This document shows, piece after piece, positions 29,838 through 38,377 of a stretch of DNA of 40,000 nucleotides (position 1 is the first letter of the stretch; the number at the start of each line of letters is the position of its first letter). Origin of the DNA: Rhodobacterales bacterium 52_120_T64 (GTDB lineage Bacteria > Pseudomonadota > Alphaproteobacteria > Rhodobacterales > Rhodobacteraceae); assembly GCA_002162875.1 (NCBI GenBank), contig MABA01000019.1, forward strand, positions 1,506-41,505, written 5' to 3'. The notes below the pieces were generated by a model. That model saw only the letters and a program-made list of their open reading frames with translations. It was not told the DNA's origin and ran no database searches. The position numbers and the translations under genes are program-made.

Positions 29838-30746
29838 ATGTCGATCAGTAAACTACGTTGGGATGACCTGAAGGTTTTCTTGCAAGTCGCACGGCTTAAC
29901 AGCCTCTCGAACGCAGGGCGGGCTTTGAAAATGGACCCCGCAACTGTGGGTCGCCGCGTGCAAAGACTTGAGGAAGATCTGACCGCGCGCTTGTTTACCA
30001 AAAGCCCGCAAGGATACGATCTGACGGATGCAGGCCAACGGCTTATGACCCACGCCAGCATGATGGAACAATCCTTGTTAGCTGCTGAATCCGAGGTTAA
30101 GGGCCAGTCAAACGTTCTGTCCGGAAGTGTTCGTATCGGCGCACCAGACGGGTCCGCGAACTATCTTCTGCCGCAAGTCTGCGCAGAAATCGTCGATGAA
30201 AATCCCGGGTTAGAGGTGCAGCTTGTCGCCCTGCCACGCGTATTCAATCTGTCTAAACGCGAGGCTGATATGGCGGTGACAGTTTCGCTACCGCAAGCGG
30301 GCAGGCTGACAGTGCAGCGGATTTCCGACTATCATCTGCACTTGGCCGCAAGCGAAGAGTACCTCAAAACGCATCCGCCTATCACCAAGCTGGGAGATCT
30401 TAAGGACCACCGTATGATCGGCTACATCAGCGATCTGATTTTTGATCAAGAACTCGACTATATGGGGGATGCGGGTAAGGGTTTGCAGCCGGACCTGACC
30501 TCCAACAGTTTTTCAGTGCAATTAAACTGGGCGCAGCGTGGTGCAGGAGTATGCATCGTTCATGATTTCGCGATTCCGACTTTTCCAAATTTGAAAAAAA
30601 TACTAACGGACCAGCTGTCTCTGAAACGCAGTTTTTTCCTGATCCGCCACAAAGACGACCAACGGGTGGAACGTTTGAACCGGTTTGCAGAAATTTTTGC
30701 AAAAAAAATCCGTTTGGAAGTTCAAAGATTGGAGGCCCTTACTTGA
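29838..30746 (+). CDS. LysR-family transcriptional regulator, divergent from mmsA
   Basis: N-terminal HTH LKVFLQVARLNSLSNAGRALKMDPATVGRRVQRLE plus a LysR substrate-binding domain. The alternative start is ATG 29823. Confidence 0.85.
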   Translation: MSISKLRWDDLKVFLQVARLNSLSNAGRALKMDPATVGRRVQRLEEDLTARLFTKSPQGYDLTDAGQRLMTHASMMEQSLLAAESEVKGQSNVLSGSVRIGAPDGSANYLLPQVCAEIVDENPGLEVQLVALPRVFNLSKREADMAVTVSLPQAGRLTVQRISDYHLHLAASEEYLKTHPPITKLGDLKDHRMIGYISDLIFDQELDYMGDAGKGLQPDLTSNSFSVQLNWAQRGAGVCIVHDFAIPTFPNLKKILTDQLSLKRSFFLIRHKDDQRVERLNRFAEIFAKKIRLEVQRLEALT

Positions 30747-30801
30747 CAGTTAATAGAGCCCTGATGCACGATTGAAGTATATTAAATAAGAGGAGAATAC
30801 C

Positions 30802-31239
30802 ATGCTTGTACGCGATATCCTTTCCACCAAAAAAATCGGGAAAATCATTTCTGTTGCAACAAATGACAAGGTTTCAGCGGCTGCTGAAATGCTTTCGGAA
30901 ATGCGAATTGGAGCGGTAATCGTGCGCGATGCAGGTAGCGAAATTGACGGTATCCTGTCAGAACGTGATATCGTGCGCGAACTGGGCCGCAGCGGCTCGG
31001 GGTGTTTGACCAAATCGGTGTCGGAATTGATGACGTCGAATGTGAAATCCTGCTCCCCCACAGAAACCACACAAAAAGTCATGCAAATGATGAGCGACGG
31101 ACGCTTCCGGCACATGCCCGTTATGGATGATGGCAAGTTGATCGGCGTGATCTCCATTGGGGATGTAGTGGCTGCGCGGATCAAGGAAGTTCAGTTCGAG
31201 AACGACTCCATGGCAGATTTGATCGCCGGAAATATCTAA
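30802..31239 (+). CDS. CBS domain pair protein
   Basis: Two CBS repeats (IGAVIVRD...GILSERDIV and RHMPVMDDGKLIGVISIGDVV). Length is 145 aa. Confidence 0.85.
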   Translation: MLVRDILSTKKIGKIISVATNDKVSAAAEMLSEMRIGAVIVRDAGSEIDGILSERDIVRELGRSGSGCLTKSVSELMTSNVKSCSPTETTQKVMQMMSDGRFRHMPVMDDGKLIGVISIGDVVAARIKEVQFENDSMADLIAGNI

Positions 31240-31297
31240 ACGCTCTTGACGTTTGGTGTAGAATAATGCTGCATTGCACAAAAATGGAGTTTGAATA

Positions 31298-31786
31298 ATG
31301 CGTACAGGTCTGTATCCAGGAACATTCGATCCGGTGACCCTTGGTCATCGGGATATCATCTCACGCGCTTGCACGTTGGTTGATCGCCTCGTGATCGGTG
31401 TAGCCATCAATCGCGACAAGGGGCCGTTGTTCACGTTGGAAGAACGTGTCGCCATGATCGAGGACGAATGTGCCAAGATCGATTGCAACGGCGCAGAAAT
31501 AGTCGTGCATCCTTTTGAAAACCTGCTGATTGATTGCGCCGTCGATGTAGGCGCCCAGACGATCATCCGCGGTCTTCGCGCTGTTTCGGATTTCGAGTAC
31601 GAATTCCAGATGGTCGGCATGAATCGCGCCATGAATGCGGAAATCGAAACGGTGTTTCTTATGGCCGATGCAGGTCATCAGGCGATTGCATCGAAGCTGG
31701 TCAAGGAAATCGCGCGCCTCGGCGGTGATATTTCCACATTTGTGCCCAGATCTGTTGCGGAAAAATTGTCGGAAAAATTCGGCTAA
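31298..31786 (+). CDS. coaD: Pantetheine-phosphate adenylyltransferase
   Basis: GLYPGTFDPVTLGHRDII (the T/HxGH motif) and RGLRAVSDFEYE. Length is 162 aa. Confidence 0.93.
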   Translation: MRTGLYPGTFDPVTLGHRDIISRACTLVDRLVIGVAINRDKGPLFTLEERVAMIEDECAKIDCNGAEIVVHPFENLLIDCAVDVGAQTIIRGLRAVSDFEYEFQMVGMNRAMNAEIETVFLMADAGHQAIASKLVKEIARLGGDISTFVPRSVAEKLSEKFG

Positions 31787-31857
31787 ATTTGCCACACCCC
31801 CTTTCGTTTCTGCCTCAAGCAACATAGTTTCCTGACAACATTAATCAGGAGGCAAAA

Positions 31858-32364
31858 ATGGCCGATATCAAAGATCCAGAGAATACCGTTATCATCGAAC
31901 TTAAAGACGGTAACGTCACAATCGAGCTGCTGCCCGATGTGGCCCCAAAGCACGTCGAGCGCATGAAAACCCTCGTTCGCGAAGGCAAGTACGACAACGT
32001 AGCTTTTCACCGCGTGATTGACGGCTTTATGGCGCAAACAGGCGACGTTCAGAACGGCAACATGGAAAACAATTTCAACCTTCGTGCTGCTGGCACAGGT
32101 GGATCCGAGTATCCAAACGTTCCTGCGGAATTTTCCAGCTTGCCGTTCGACAAAGGTGTTCTGGGTGCGGCGCGTTCGCAAAACCCTGATTCTGCCAACT
32201 CGCAGTTCTTCATCATGTTGGATGCAGGCCATTTCTTGAACAACCAGTACACTGTATTTGGTCGCGTGATTGATGGCCAGCAGCACGTGGACGTCATTCA
32301 ACGTGGCGAGCCAGCACCAAGCCCAGACCGTATGATCTCGGTTAAAGTTGCGGCAGACGTATAA
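31858..32364 (+). CDS. ppiB: Peptidyl-prolyl cis-trans isomerase, cyclophilin type (cytoplasmic)
   Basis: FHRVIDGFMAQTGD, ANSQFFIM and YTVFGRVIDG. Confidence 0.88.
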   Translation: MADIKDPENTVIIELKDGNVTIELLPDVAPKHVERMKTLVREGKYDNVAFHRVIDGFMAQTGDVQNGNMENNFNLRAAGTGGSEYPNVPAEFSSLPFDKGVLGAARSQNPDSANSQFFIMLDAGHFLNNQYTVFGRVIDGQQHVDVIQRGEPAPSPDRMISVKVAADV

Positions 32365-32957
32365 TGCGTCGCGCAGTTCTTAAGGGGCTGGCAGTTCTCG
32401 GGTTGTCGATGTTTGCATTTGGCGCAGTCGCGCAGGACATTGACCCCGAAAACGTGTTGGTGATCGAAATCGCGGGCGAGGGCGCCGGGATTGTTGAAAT
32501 CCTGATGCGCCCTGACGTTGCCCCGATGCACGTGGCCCGCATCAAGGAATTGGCGCGATCAGGCAAGTATGATGGCGTGGTTTTTCATCGCGTGATTGAT
32601 GGATTCATGGCCCAAACCGGTGACGTAGAATTCGGTAAAACCGCAGACTACGACTATCGTGTTGCGGGTCGTGGTGGCTCCGACATGGACAATCTTCCAG
32701 CCGAGTTTTCGAACATCACCTATGTCGAAGGTATCATCGGCATGGCACGTTCAAACAATCCGGATTCGGCGAACTCGCAGTTTTTCATTATGTTTGACGA
32801 CGCGAAATTCCTTGATGGTCAGTACACCGTCATCGGCCGTGTGATCAGGGGTATGGAATACGTTCACGCCATCAAACGCGGAAACCAAGGCGCCAATGGC
32901 GCAGTCTACGAGGACCCCGACTATATGGCATCGGTTCGGGTTAAATCCGACCTCTAA
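32364..32957 (+). CDS. ppiA: Peptidyl-prolyl cis-trans isomerase, cyclophilin type, with signal peptide (periplasmic)
   Basis: Signal peptide MRRAVLKGLAVLGLSMFAFGAVAQD, then FHRVIDGFMAQTGD and ANSQFFIM. Its ATG overlaps the previous stop (TAATG). Confidence 0.85.
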   Translation: MRRAVLKGLAVLGLSMFAFGAVAQDIDPENVLVIEIAGEGAGIVEILMRPDVAPMHVARIKELARSGKYDGVVFHRVIDGFMAQTGDVEFGKTADYDYRVAGRGGSDMDNLPAEFSNITYVEGIIGMARSNNPDSANSQFFIMFDDAKFLDGQYTVIGRVIRGMEYVHAIKRGNQGANGAVYEDPDYMASVRVKSDL

Positions 32958-33044
32958 GCTGATAGTTCACAAATATTGAAGGCCCGCACAATCGTTGCGG
33001 GGGTATAGTGATATCCGCCAATAAATACATTGGTCCACAAAATG

Positions 33045-33076
33045 AGGCCCGCACTTTGCAGTGTGGGCCTTGTTTA
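33045..33076 (+). terminator. Rho-independent-type terminator after the ppi operon (AGGCCCGCAC TTTGCA GTGTGGGCCT + TGTTTAT)
   Basis: A 10-bp stem with one G-U pair, followed by a T-rich tail, read directly. A weaker hairpin CCCGCA/TGCGGG lies at 32983-33001. Confidence 0.6.
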
Positions 33077-33254
33077 TGATTGTTGCGAAGGCAATCGAGG
33101 CCGTCGGTTCATCGGCTAGCGGTTAATCCAACCTTACTTAAATTCGATTGAGTTTGCAGGACACTCTGCACATACGATACACAAATCTTGATAGTTCTCA
33201 ATTCGAACTAACCACGGAACGTATCCAAGTTGGACTAAAAGTTGCGCAAAATTA

Positions 33255-33611
33255 TTAAAACGCCAATCCCCGTGCCTCCAGTGCACTCCAGCAATTTATG
33301 GATATTGGCGAGGGGTGAGGCAACACTGAGCGTACAAACACATGTGTTTTTCCAAGTTCACGAACCTCAGCTTTCAAGGTTTCAATGGCTCTTGGAGCAG
33401 TTGGAACTGGGTCCCAAAGCTTATTCCGGCAATCGATGCCAGCAATTTCTATTGCTGAATGCGGCGCACTATCGACAACTTGAACATCGTCAACTCGGAT
33501 ATTTGTAGTCCCAACTATATTGATCGGATCGCTAGCATTTGTGTTAGGCGCGGTTGACCCACATGCTCCAAGCGCTAGAGCTGCAAGCAGAGCGAAAACA
33601 GTTTTGTTCAT
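33255..33611 (-). CDS. Putative lipoprotein, hypothetical (first gene of the AT-richer accessory region)
   Basis: Lipobox LALGAC in MNKTVFALLAALALGACGS. Length is 118 aa with two further Cys residues. It has a faint RcsF-like pattern, but I cannot support that assignment. Confidence 0.6.
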   Translation of the reverse strand: MNKTVFALLAALALGACGSTAPNTNASDPINIVGTTNIRVDDVQVVDSAPHSAIEIAGIDCRNKLWDPVPTAPRAIETLKAEVRELGKTHVFVRSVLPHPSPISINCWSALEARGLAF

Positions 33612-33751
33612 TTAACTTTCCCTAATTGTCTAAAATCGCGCAACTAATTTCTTGCGTGATTCTGGGCATTATACTTACAATGTTTTCAATTTGAACGCTC
33701 TCTTGTCAAATCAGCCTATTGGGCCCCGTAAGCGCTGATGTCAGACTCTTG

Positions 33752-33773
33752 ATGCGGCTCCGGACGGGAACGG
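33752..33773. repeat. Left copy of gapped direct repeat ATGCGGCTCC-GG-ACGGGAACGG
   Basis: Exact 10-mer ATGCGGCTCC at 33752-33761 and 39085-39094. A second block reads ACGGGAACGG here (33764-33773) and ACGGGAGCAACGG at 39111-39123. Confidence 0.3.
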
Positions 33774-33867
33774 ATACGATGTTTCCAAATTCAAAAATTC
33801 ACTCTAACCTATGATTTAAATTGTACGGGAACTTGGGTACTATTTTGGCACTTGATTGGCCGCCTCG

Positions 33868-34968
33868 CTAATTATTTACCCGCAACTCCAAATTAACCCC
33901 ATGCACCACTCTCCGAGCCAATTCCGGACTAAGGCGACAAACCCCATTCTTCCGCAAGATAAAGTCCGCCCCAGAAAATACTTCTTCACTAACAAGTTTT
34001 ATAACTACCCGATCCACAACGGGCCTCAGTGGTTCCATCAAATCAAACACAAGTGAATGACTGTCAGGATTAACACTACTATGCAGCATCCCTCGTGCTG
34101 GATCATAACCATCGGCAATCACTCCAATGCGCACATGCGCTTCGAGCAGACTATAAGCATAGTTCAGCATGGCGTTCACAGGATGTGTGGCTCCACCATT
34201 TCGCACTCGTGCTCTTGTGTTCAATGACGACCGTGAAAAGAATTTCTGCCATTCAACGTGTACTGGGTAACGGGTTTGCGCTTTCCATTTGATTGGTAAC
34301 GCCCGCCAAGCGAAAAAATAGCCAGCAGCAACCCTACCTTCAATGGCTTGCAGTTCTCCGATTGTGGCTGGTGGTGATACTCCTAAGTCACGGATGGCGA
34401 TTTCCGCAGCTATTATTGCATTTTCTCTGGATTGCGATGGCGTCAGTAATTCCTTCAAGTTTACTAGGGTCGCTTTTGCCTTTGCGCGCATTAGCGGAGC
34501 CGCAAACTTAACCCGATCCAGTTCTGAAGACTGTGCAGAGATTTGCCAAGCTTGCTTTTTCGGATCAATTAATCCGCCTGATGCACTGATGAATGAAATC
34601 GGATAACCATCCCACTTTAACCGGATGAGAGTTACCTTCTGCTCTGTTAGCCAATCGAGAGTGTCGAACGTTATGTGGCCGGAGCCATCAACCAGTATAA
34701 TTCTGGCTGGTAATGTGAGATCACCCTTAAAGAACCGAAAGGCAGTTTTATTGCTCGGATAATGGGTATGTCCGTCCGTGATTAGTAAGGTATTTTTATC
34801 AACCTTCAGAGAAATACCGTGTCCGGTGAGGATTATCGGAGTTTTTTGTTTTTCCCGTCTTTTCTTTTTTGGAGTATGGTTTTGAATATTTTCCAACCAA
34901 TATTTTGAGCGTTCCGCCCATTCGTCAGTTTGGATTTTTTGTTCAATTTCGATAGTTGAAATAAACAT
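33868..34968 (-). CDS. cas1: Cas1 homologue, stand-alone (casposase-like integrase/endonuclease)
   Basis: ILTGHGISLKVDKNTLLI, IILVDGSGHITFDTLDWL, AIEGRVAAGYF (Glu), HPVNAMLNYAYSLLE, ARGMLHS (His) and SLVFDLMEPLRPVVDR (Asp). This is the Cas1 motif order with the catalytic E/H/D triad. ATG 34968 is preceded by GGAGGG at 7 nt. Confidence 0.85.
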   Translation of the reverse strand: MFISTIEIEQKIQTDEWAERSKYWLENIQNHTPKKKRREKQKTPIILTGHGISLKVDKNTLLITDGHTHYPSNKTAFRFFKGDLTLPARIILVDGSGHITFDTLDWLTEQKVTLIRLKWDGYPISFISASGGLIDPKKQAWQISAQSSELDRVKFAAPLMRAKAKATLVNLKELLTPSQSRENAIIAAEIAIRDLGVSPPATIGELQAIEGRVAAGYFFAWRALPIKWKAQTRYPVHVEWQKFFSRSSLNTRARVRNGGATHPVNAMLNYAYSLLEAHVRIGVIADGYDPARGMLHSSVNPDSHSLVFDLMEPLRPVVDRVVIKLVSEEVFSGADFILRKNGVCRLSPELARRVVHGVNLELRVNN

Positions 34969-35349
34969 TCTTTCACCCTCCAAATACCATATATTTTCGG
35001 AAATTATTTCCTTCCATAATTATACCTAATTTACTGTTAAATAACACTAATAATGCAGATAATATTATAAATTATTAGCAAAATATTAATTAAAGTGTTT
35101 CTGAAATTGGCAACCAAAAAACGTTTAACTTTGACTAGAGCCGATACTAATTTGATGTCGAATATTTGTTCAACTTTAATATTTGATAACTCCCGAATAT
35201 TTACCTCGAAGTGCCAAGTCCCAACTGATTCGTATTTGTGTCAATCCCGTTTCAAGCAAAAAGGCCCCCTGCCGCAACGCGTGTTCGCAGTCCATTTTTA
35301 ATCTCGAATCGTTGGCACTCCGTCGACGAAAATTAGCGAGACTAAAACT
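34969..35349. promoter_or_regulatory. Very AT-rich divergent control region between cas1 and the HTH-HNH-polB operon
   Basis: 381 nt with no ORF. It contains the 13-bp perfect palindrome GGAAATTATTTCC (34999-35011) and repeated AATATT cores (35061, 35082, 35161, 35178, 35196), including CGAATATTT twice. Confidence 0.5.
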
Positions 35350-35922
35350 ATGGCACGCAAACGTGACTACAAGGCAGAATACAAAAGGCGGATTGAACGT
35401 GGCTTGAAGGGCGGGTTATCTCGTTCACAAGCACGGGGGCATCCGTCAATCTTGGAAGTCGGAGTTTCCGGCTCATCGACTCCCGAACACAAAGAACAAT
35501 TGGGGGAAGCTCTTAAAGAGCTTCGCAGAGGTTCTACTCAGAAGGCAGCTGCACGTTCAGCTGGTGTATCGGTCGAGCGTTTTCGGAAATTCATCTACAG
35601 CAACAAACTAGCAGAACGAGATGGCCAATACTGGACCATGACGGATGAAAGACCCCGTCGTGTTCCTATCATTCATCGCGGTGAAACCAAGTCAGTAACC
35701 GTTCCGAGCTTTGCAGAGGCCAAGAAGTCCGGAGAATACTTTGAGGCTGTCGGGCAATTCCTCCGAACCAACTTCATAACCCACCTCGAACCTTTTGATG
35801 GAGATGGCCTGACGAATGTTCAAGGCAAGTTCTTCCAGTTCGAAACCGACCCGAATGCCCTCTATTGGCACGATGCTCAAGACAACCCCGACTTTCACGA
35901 AATCTATCAAATAGTCAATTAA
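35350..35922 (+). CDS. Helix-turn-helix DNA-binding protein, hypothetical
   Basis: The N-terminus is basic (MARKRDYKAEYKRRIERGLKGGLSRSQARGHP). There is an HTH-like segment STQKAAARSAGVSVERFRKFI. It is the first gene of the operon ending in polB. Confidence 0.6.
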   Translation: MARKRDYKAEYKRRIERGLKGGLSRSQARGHPSILEVGVSGSSTPEHKEQLGEALKELRRGSTQKAAARSAGVSVERFRKFIYSNKLAERDGQYWTMTDERPRRVPIIHRGETKSVTVPSFAEAKKSGEYFEAVGQFLRTNFITHLEPFDGDGLTNVQGKFFQFETDPNALYWHDAQDNPDFHEIYQIVN

Positions 35923-35933
35923 AGGAGAATCCA

Positions 35934-36311
35934 ATGACTAATAACTATCACGATGAAGAAACCCGACGCGAAAAAGACTATCGGCGACTTCGAACACGCA
36001 ATCCGATTTGCGTAGGTTGCGGATACAGTGATCATCCAGCAGCACTGGAACTCGCACATATTGCACCGCGTAAATTCCACGATGATGGAGTTGTTTTGTG
36101 CAGCAATTGCCACCGGGCACAAAGCGACACCGAAAAGGATTATTCCTATTCACCACAATCCGACAATCCGCAGATGGAGACAATAGGTCGTTATCTATTG
36201 GCACTGTCAGAGTTCTTTCAAATGATTGCGACCAGGATGTCCGAGTACGGGCAGTGGTTGTTGGAGCAATCTGAGAATGTTCTACCGTACAATCCGGAGG
36301 AAGTAGCATGA
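35934..36311 (+). CDS. HNH (His-Me finger) endonuclease
   Basis: CVGCG...ELAHIAPRKFHDDGVVLCSNCHRAQSD shows the CxxC...H...N/H...CxxCH arrangement. AAGGAG precedes ATG 35934. Its stop overlaps the polB ATG (ATGA). Confidence 0.75.
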   Translation: MTNNYHDEETRREKDYRRLRTRNPICVGCGYSDHPAALELAHIAPRKFHDDGVVLCSNCHRAQSDTEKDYSYSPQSDNPQMETIGRYLLALSEFFQMIATRMSEYGQWLLEQSENVLPYNPEEVA

Positions 36312-38377
36312 ACGAGCAATCCCCATCCGAGCTCTTCGTGCGGGCCTATACGGAGAGGCCAGGGGCTCGCGCTGTAGCGGCCAAGCCCCGCTTAAGTGTA
36401 GATGACACCCCGTCACCCTGGACGTTGACCTTCGATTGTGAAACCACCGTTGATGCGGCTCAGACTTTACGTGTTGGTGTGTTCCAGGTGCGAAAGTCCG
36501 GAAAGCTAAAACAGGAGGGATTATTCTTCAATCCACAATATTTGTGTGACGACGACATTGGCGAGATCGAGAGCTTCGCGGAAGTTAACAATCTTGAGAT
36601 TCTAACAACCGAAGAATTCCGAAAAGATATTTTCCTCAAAATCGTCTATCACAGGTGCGGATTGCTTGTTGGGTTTAACTTACCGTTCGACATATCCCGT
36701 ATTGCAATTGGTCATGGCCCGGCCCGTGGTTCGTTGCGAGGTGGTTTTACGTTCAAATTGAACGAATACAAAAGTGAGCCGCAGGTTCGTGTAAAGCATC
36801 TGAGTGCAAGGGCAGCCCTGATGGACTTTGCTGCGCCTGGCAATCTGGAAACTGGTCGGGGTATGCGCAATAGAGGGTTTAAGACACCACATCATCGTGG
36901 ATATTTTCTTGATGTGAAAACATTTGCGGCTTCTTTAACAAGCCGAAGCTTCTCGCTTGGAAGCCTGTGCAAATACCTTGGAACGACGACACAAAAGCTG
37001 GATACGGACGAACACGGTGGAGCAATCACTCCCGAGTATCTCGAATATGCACGTGCTGACGTTCAGGCAACGTGGGAGTGCTACGAAAAGCTACAAAAGC
37101 AATACGACGATCACGGTCTGGAAACAGCGAGCCACCGCATTCTGAGCGAAGCTAGTATTGGTAAGGCTTACTTGAAGCAGATGAATATCCAACCGCTGCT
37201 GGCTAATCTACCGGACTTTCCACGGGAGATATTCGGCAAGATAATGTGTGCATATTACGGAGGCCGTGCAGAGGTTCGTATTAGTCGAACCCCAACGCAA
37301 GTTCTCTACTGTGATTTTAAATCCATGTACCCAACCGTTAGCGCACTTATGGGGCTCTGGTCGTTTGTTGTCGCGGAAAACCTGAGCATAACCGACACCA
37401 CATCCGAAACGCAGGCTTTTCTAAATGAGGTTTGTCTGGAAGATATGCAAAAACCACACACCTGGAAACGGCTCCGAACTTTGGTACGCATTCGCACCGA
37501 TAACGACTTGCTGCCTGTTCGCGCCAAATACAATGGAAATACCAATACCATTGGTCTCAACCATATCTCCAATGATCAGCCGCTTTGGTACACTTTGGCG
37601 GATTGCGTCGTGTCCAAGCTTCTAACTGGTAAAACACCTATCATTGATGAGGCAATGACGTTTGAACCTGGGGATGTTCAATCCAACCTTCAACCAATCG
37701 ACTTGTTTGGAAACCCGGATTACAGGGTCGATCCTTCAAAAGAGGATGTCTTCACCCGGTTCATTGATCTTCGGGATGACGCCAGGGAAAAGGGTGATCC
37801 GGTACAACAGGCAATCAAGATTATAGCGAACTCTACCAGTTACGGAATCTTTATCGAAGTTAACCGGGACGATGCACCAAAGCCGGAACCTTTGGATGTT
37901 TATGGACCAGATGGACACTCACTCAACACCAACACAACAGCCGTTGAAGAGCCCGGGCGATACTTTCACCCGTTGCTCGGTACGCTGATTACCGGAGCTG
38001 CCAGGCTAATGCTGGCCCTTTCGGAGCGAGTGGCAGAAGACCAGGGTTTGAACTGGGTGTTCTGCGATACGGACAGTCTAGCAATGGCGAAACCGGATGA
38101 CATGAGCCAGGAACAATTCTACGAAAATGGCCAAACCGTAGTTGATTGGTTCGAGGGGCTTAACCCGTACAAAAAGCCAGGCTCAATATTGGAAATGGAG
38201 GACGCCAACTACAGCCCAAATACTAAGATACTAGAACCGCTTTATTGTTTGGCCATCTCCTCGAAGAGATACGCACTCTATAACAAGACTAAATCTGGTC
38301 AGATAATCCTCGGCACATGGCCTGGGTCATTTGATGGCTCCGTATACAGAAGACGATGCGCCCGATATCGGCGTTGA
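36308..38377 (+). CDS. polB: Family B DNA polymerase, fragment 1 of 2 (3'-5' exonuclease + palm/fingers); reading frame broken near 38306-38312
   Basis: ExoI FDCET, ExoII GFNLPFD, ExoIII YARAD, motif A DFKSMYPT, motif B KIIANSTSYG, motif C FCDTDS and a KxY-type SSKRYAL. GGAGGA precedes the ATG. The last ~22 codons (GTWPGSFDGSVYRRRCARYRR) look like out-of-frame read-through. Confidence 0.88.
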   Translation: MNEQSPSELFVRAYTERPGARAVAAKPRLSVDDTPSPWTLTFDCETTVDAAQTLRVGVFQVRKSGKLKQEGLFFNPQYLCDDDIGEIESFAEVNNLEILTTEEFRKDIFLKIVYHRCGLLVGFNLPFDISRIAIGHGPARGSLRGGFTFKLNEYKSEPQVRVKHLSARAALMDFAAPGNLETGRGMRNRGFKTPHHRGYFLDVKTFAASLTSRSFSLGSLCKYLGTTTQKLDTDEHGGAITPEYLEYARADVQATWECYEKLQKQYDDHGLETASHRILSEASIGKAYLKQMNIQPLLANLPDFPREIFGKIMCAYYGGRAEVRISRTPTQVLYCDFKSMYPTVSALMGLWSFVVAENLSITDTTSETQAFLNEVCLEDMQKPHTWKRLRTLVRIRTDNDLLPVRAKYNGNTNTIGLNHISNDQPLWYTLADCVVSKLLTGKTPIIDEAMTFEPGDVQSNLQPIDLFGNPDYRVDPSKEDVFTRFIDLRDDAREKGDPVQQAIKIIANSTSYGIFIEVNRDDAPKPEPLDVYGPDGHSLNTNTTAVEEPGRYFHPLLGTLITGAARLMLALSERVAEDQGLNWVFCDTDSLAMAKPDDMSQEQFYENGQTVVDWFEGLNPYKKPGSILEMEDANYSPNTKILEPLYCLAISSKRYALYNKTKSGQIILGTWPGSFDGSVYRRRCARYRR

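Noticed and set aside
33100-33135. tRNA-like fragment (GGTTCATCGGCTAGCGGTTAATCCAACC) as a possible integration target at the island edge
   Set aside because: It cannot be folded into a T-arm/acceptor structure. The similarity to GGTTCGAATCC is too weak.
33856-34606. Several 65-87-aa plus-strand ORFs inside the cas1 region
   Set aside because: They are all antisense to the Cas1 homologue, whose frame carries the complete ordered Cas1 motif set.
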